Source: Lobosporangium transversale
Taxonomy: Eukaryota
Assembly (NCBI RefSeq): GCF_002105155.1
Contig: NW_019028988.1
Span: 186,001 to 250,000 of the forward strand
Length of the DNA: 64,000 nucleotides
Direction: 5' to 3'
This document shows positions 62,306 through 64,000 of the stretch, in pieces. Within the stretch, counting starts at the first letter, position 1. The number at the start of each line of letters is the position of its first letter. Made by a program: the position numbers and the translations under genes. The notes under the pieces were generated by a model. The model did no database searches, was not told the origin of the DNA, and worked only from the letters and a program-made list of their open reading frames with translations.

Positions 62306-64000
62306 GCCTGGCTGCGAGCTATGAAGCTCTGGTTGGTTTAGACGGCTTCATGTCGTTTACAGTCTAATCGTGAAATGAAAAGGGAGAGATAGACAGAAAA
62401 AGAATAATCAGAACAAGGACAGTGGAGCATAGAGCGATGGTCGAGGAGACCGAGGAGAAAGAGAAGAGGAAAGAAAAAAGAAGAGAGTCAAAAATGGCCA
62501 TTTTTATATTCGTTATTATTATTATTTTTTATGTTCGCGAAAGAGACGAGTAGTGATTGGATTTCAAAAGCGCGGTGTACTAAGTACCTTGCTTGCTGTA
62601 CGCTCAAGAGCGACCAATAAAATATAGGCAACAAAATAAAAAAGTAAAAAAATATACGTGTCTTTGATATCATCTGTCATATTTCATATGGTAATGAGGA
62701 AATAATACTCTGTCTTCAAGACTAATAATAAAATCTGTCCACAAGCAACTAGAGCATGAGCTGCATTGCTCTCGAGCCTGTTTACTCTTATTGACAAAGG
62801 AGATCATCTTTATTTCTTCTTCTATTCTCTTTCTTCGCTCCTAACAAGAGATGAGATAGACTATCGTTGAAACTGTACTTCGGCAGGTTGCCGTTTTTCC
62901 AGAGTGCGATAGAAAATAACATATGACAATCGCCAGAATACCTCTGCGCCTTTTTTTTTTTATTTTTTTTTTTATTTTCATGTAATACAATATAAAATAT
63001 ATAAAGATTAGTGAATAGTTTGAAACGTTTATATGTCGACCATTAAAAAGCATACAACCGTATTGAGGGAATGACATGTCGTATTTCTTTAGCGTTCTGA
63101 AAAGGAAAATAAGGGGGAAGAAAAGTCTATTCGGACAAAAACTGCCACAGTACAAGTTCCCACGACAATCCATTCTATTCCTTGTTAGGGATGAATAGAG
63201 GGAAGAGAAGAAGAGAACCAAGTAATAAGCTTTACTGGCAGTGCCTGATGAACCTCATTACTAAGAAAAAAAAAGGTACTCGGGCTTGATGCTGGCGAAA
63301 AACGGGAGTATGCGAGCTCGTGCTCTGAATCTCGTCCATTTACTTTAGCCACATCACACTGCTCATTGTTTTCCTCTCTCTTTGTTGTACACCATACAGG
63401 GAGAGCAATGTGGCTCGTGCTCTTGTTTGTGGACAGGCAGGTTGTTGTTTATATGATCTTGCAGATCTTTGAGGATGGAGTGTTAAAAATGCTCTTCCCA
63501 CCCGTGAGAGTTTTCTCTTTCTCCACCTTGTAAACATATGAAAATTGACGGAGGATATCACGGGTGCGCAGATTATCCATTTTCAATTCCCGCTACGCCG
63601 CTTTCTTTCTTTCTTTCTTTTTATTTTTATTTTTTAAATAAACTCTCTAGAAGGCGCGAAAAAGCAAAATGCCGAATATGTATTCGTTATTGACTATATG
63701 TTTATATGCTACCACATAATTAACCCACATTCGTTAGCCAGTTAAAGTTTAGCAAGGGTGGTCCCAAAAAGCTCATTTAGTAAAATTTTTTATCAAATGT
63801 CATATTGTACATGAATATTTGGAATGGCAGCAAGGGCTAATTAAGCTTGGTAGACTATACATTTTAGTGATTCAAAGATTTACGTCCTTCCTCGGGTATA
63901 GCTAATTTAGAATGATAATAACCAGCAGTTCCAATTTTTATTTGAAGAGGACGACTGCACTCACAATAATCAAGGACAAGCATCTATCAATATTTCAGAC

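Overview
Eukaryotic, intron-rich fungal DNA with GT-AG introns, CTAAC/CTRAY branch points and many long poly(A)/poly(T) runs. Gene content and style suggest an early-diverging fungus of the Mortierellaceae; this is an inference and no search was run. I can support 18 protein-coding genes: a partial coiled-coil protein with an RG tail, eIF2-alpha, an Nma111 HtrA protease, a small NDUFA4/B12D-type protein missed by the ORF track, a MARVEL-like membrane protein, a bacterial-type Fe-S L-serine dehydratase with a mitochondrial-like presequence, NTF2, a ThrE/Prm10 exporter, a 611-aa Ser/Pro-rich orphan, a Kch1/Prm6-like protein, a secreted His-rich protein, RPL14, an Adp1-type ABCG transporter, HEATR6, a cyclin K/Ctk2-like cyclin, a Nam8/Ngr1/TRNAU1AP-like RRM protein, Cbf5/dyskerin and an OPT transporter. 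The last ~6.3 kb has no recognisable gene but holds a 14-bp minisatellite. I saw no tRNA, rRNA, CRISPR array or intact mobile element. The best candidate for an undescribed system is the intronless secreted precursor at 35753-36409: about 21% His, repeated Kex2-type RR/KR-D sites and internal repeats with mostly synonymous differences, consistent with a source of His-rich metal-binding or antimicrobial peptides. Second is the proximity of the serine dehydratase to a ThrE-family exporter. Family assignments rest on motif recognition from memory, and exon boundaries were read by hand.
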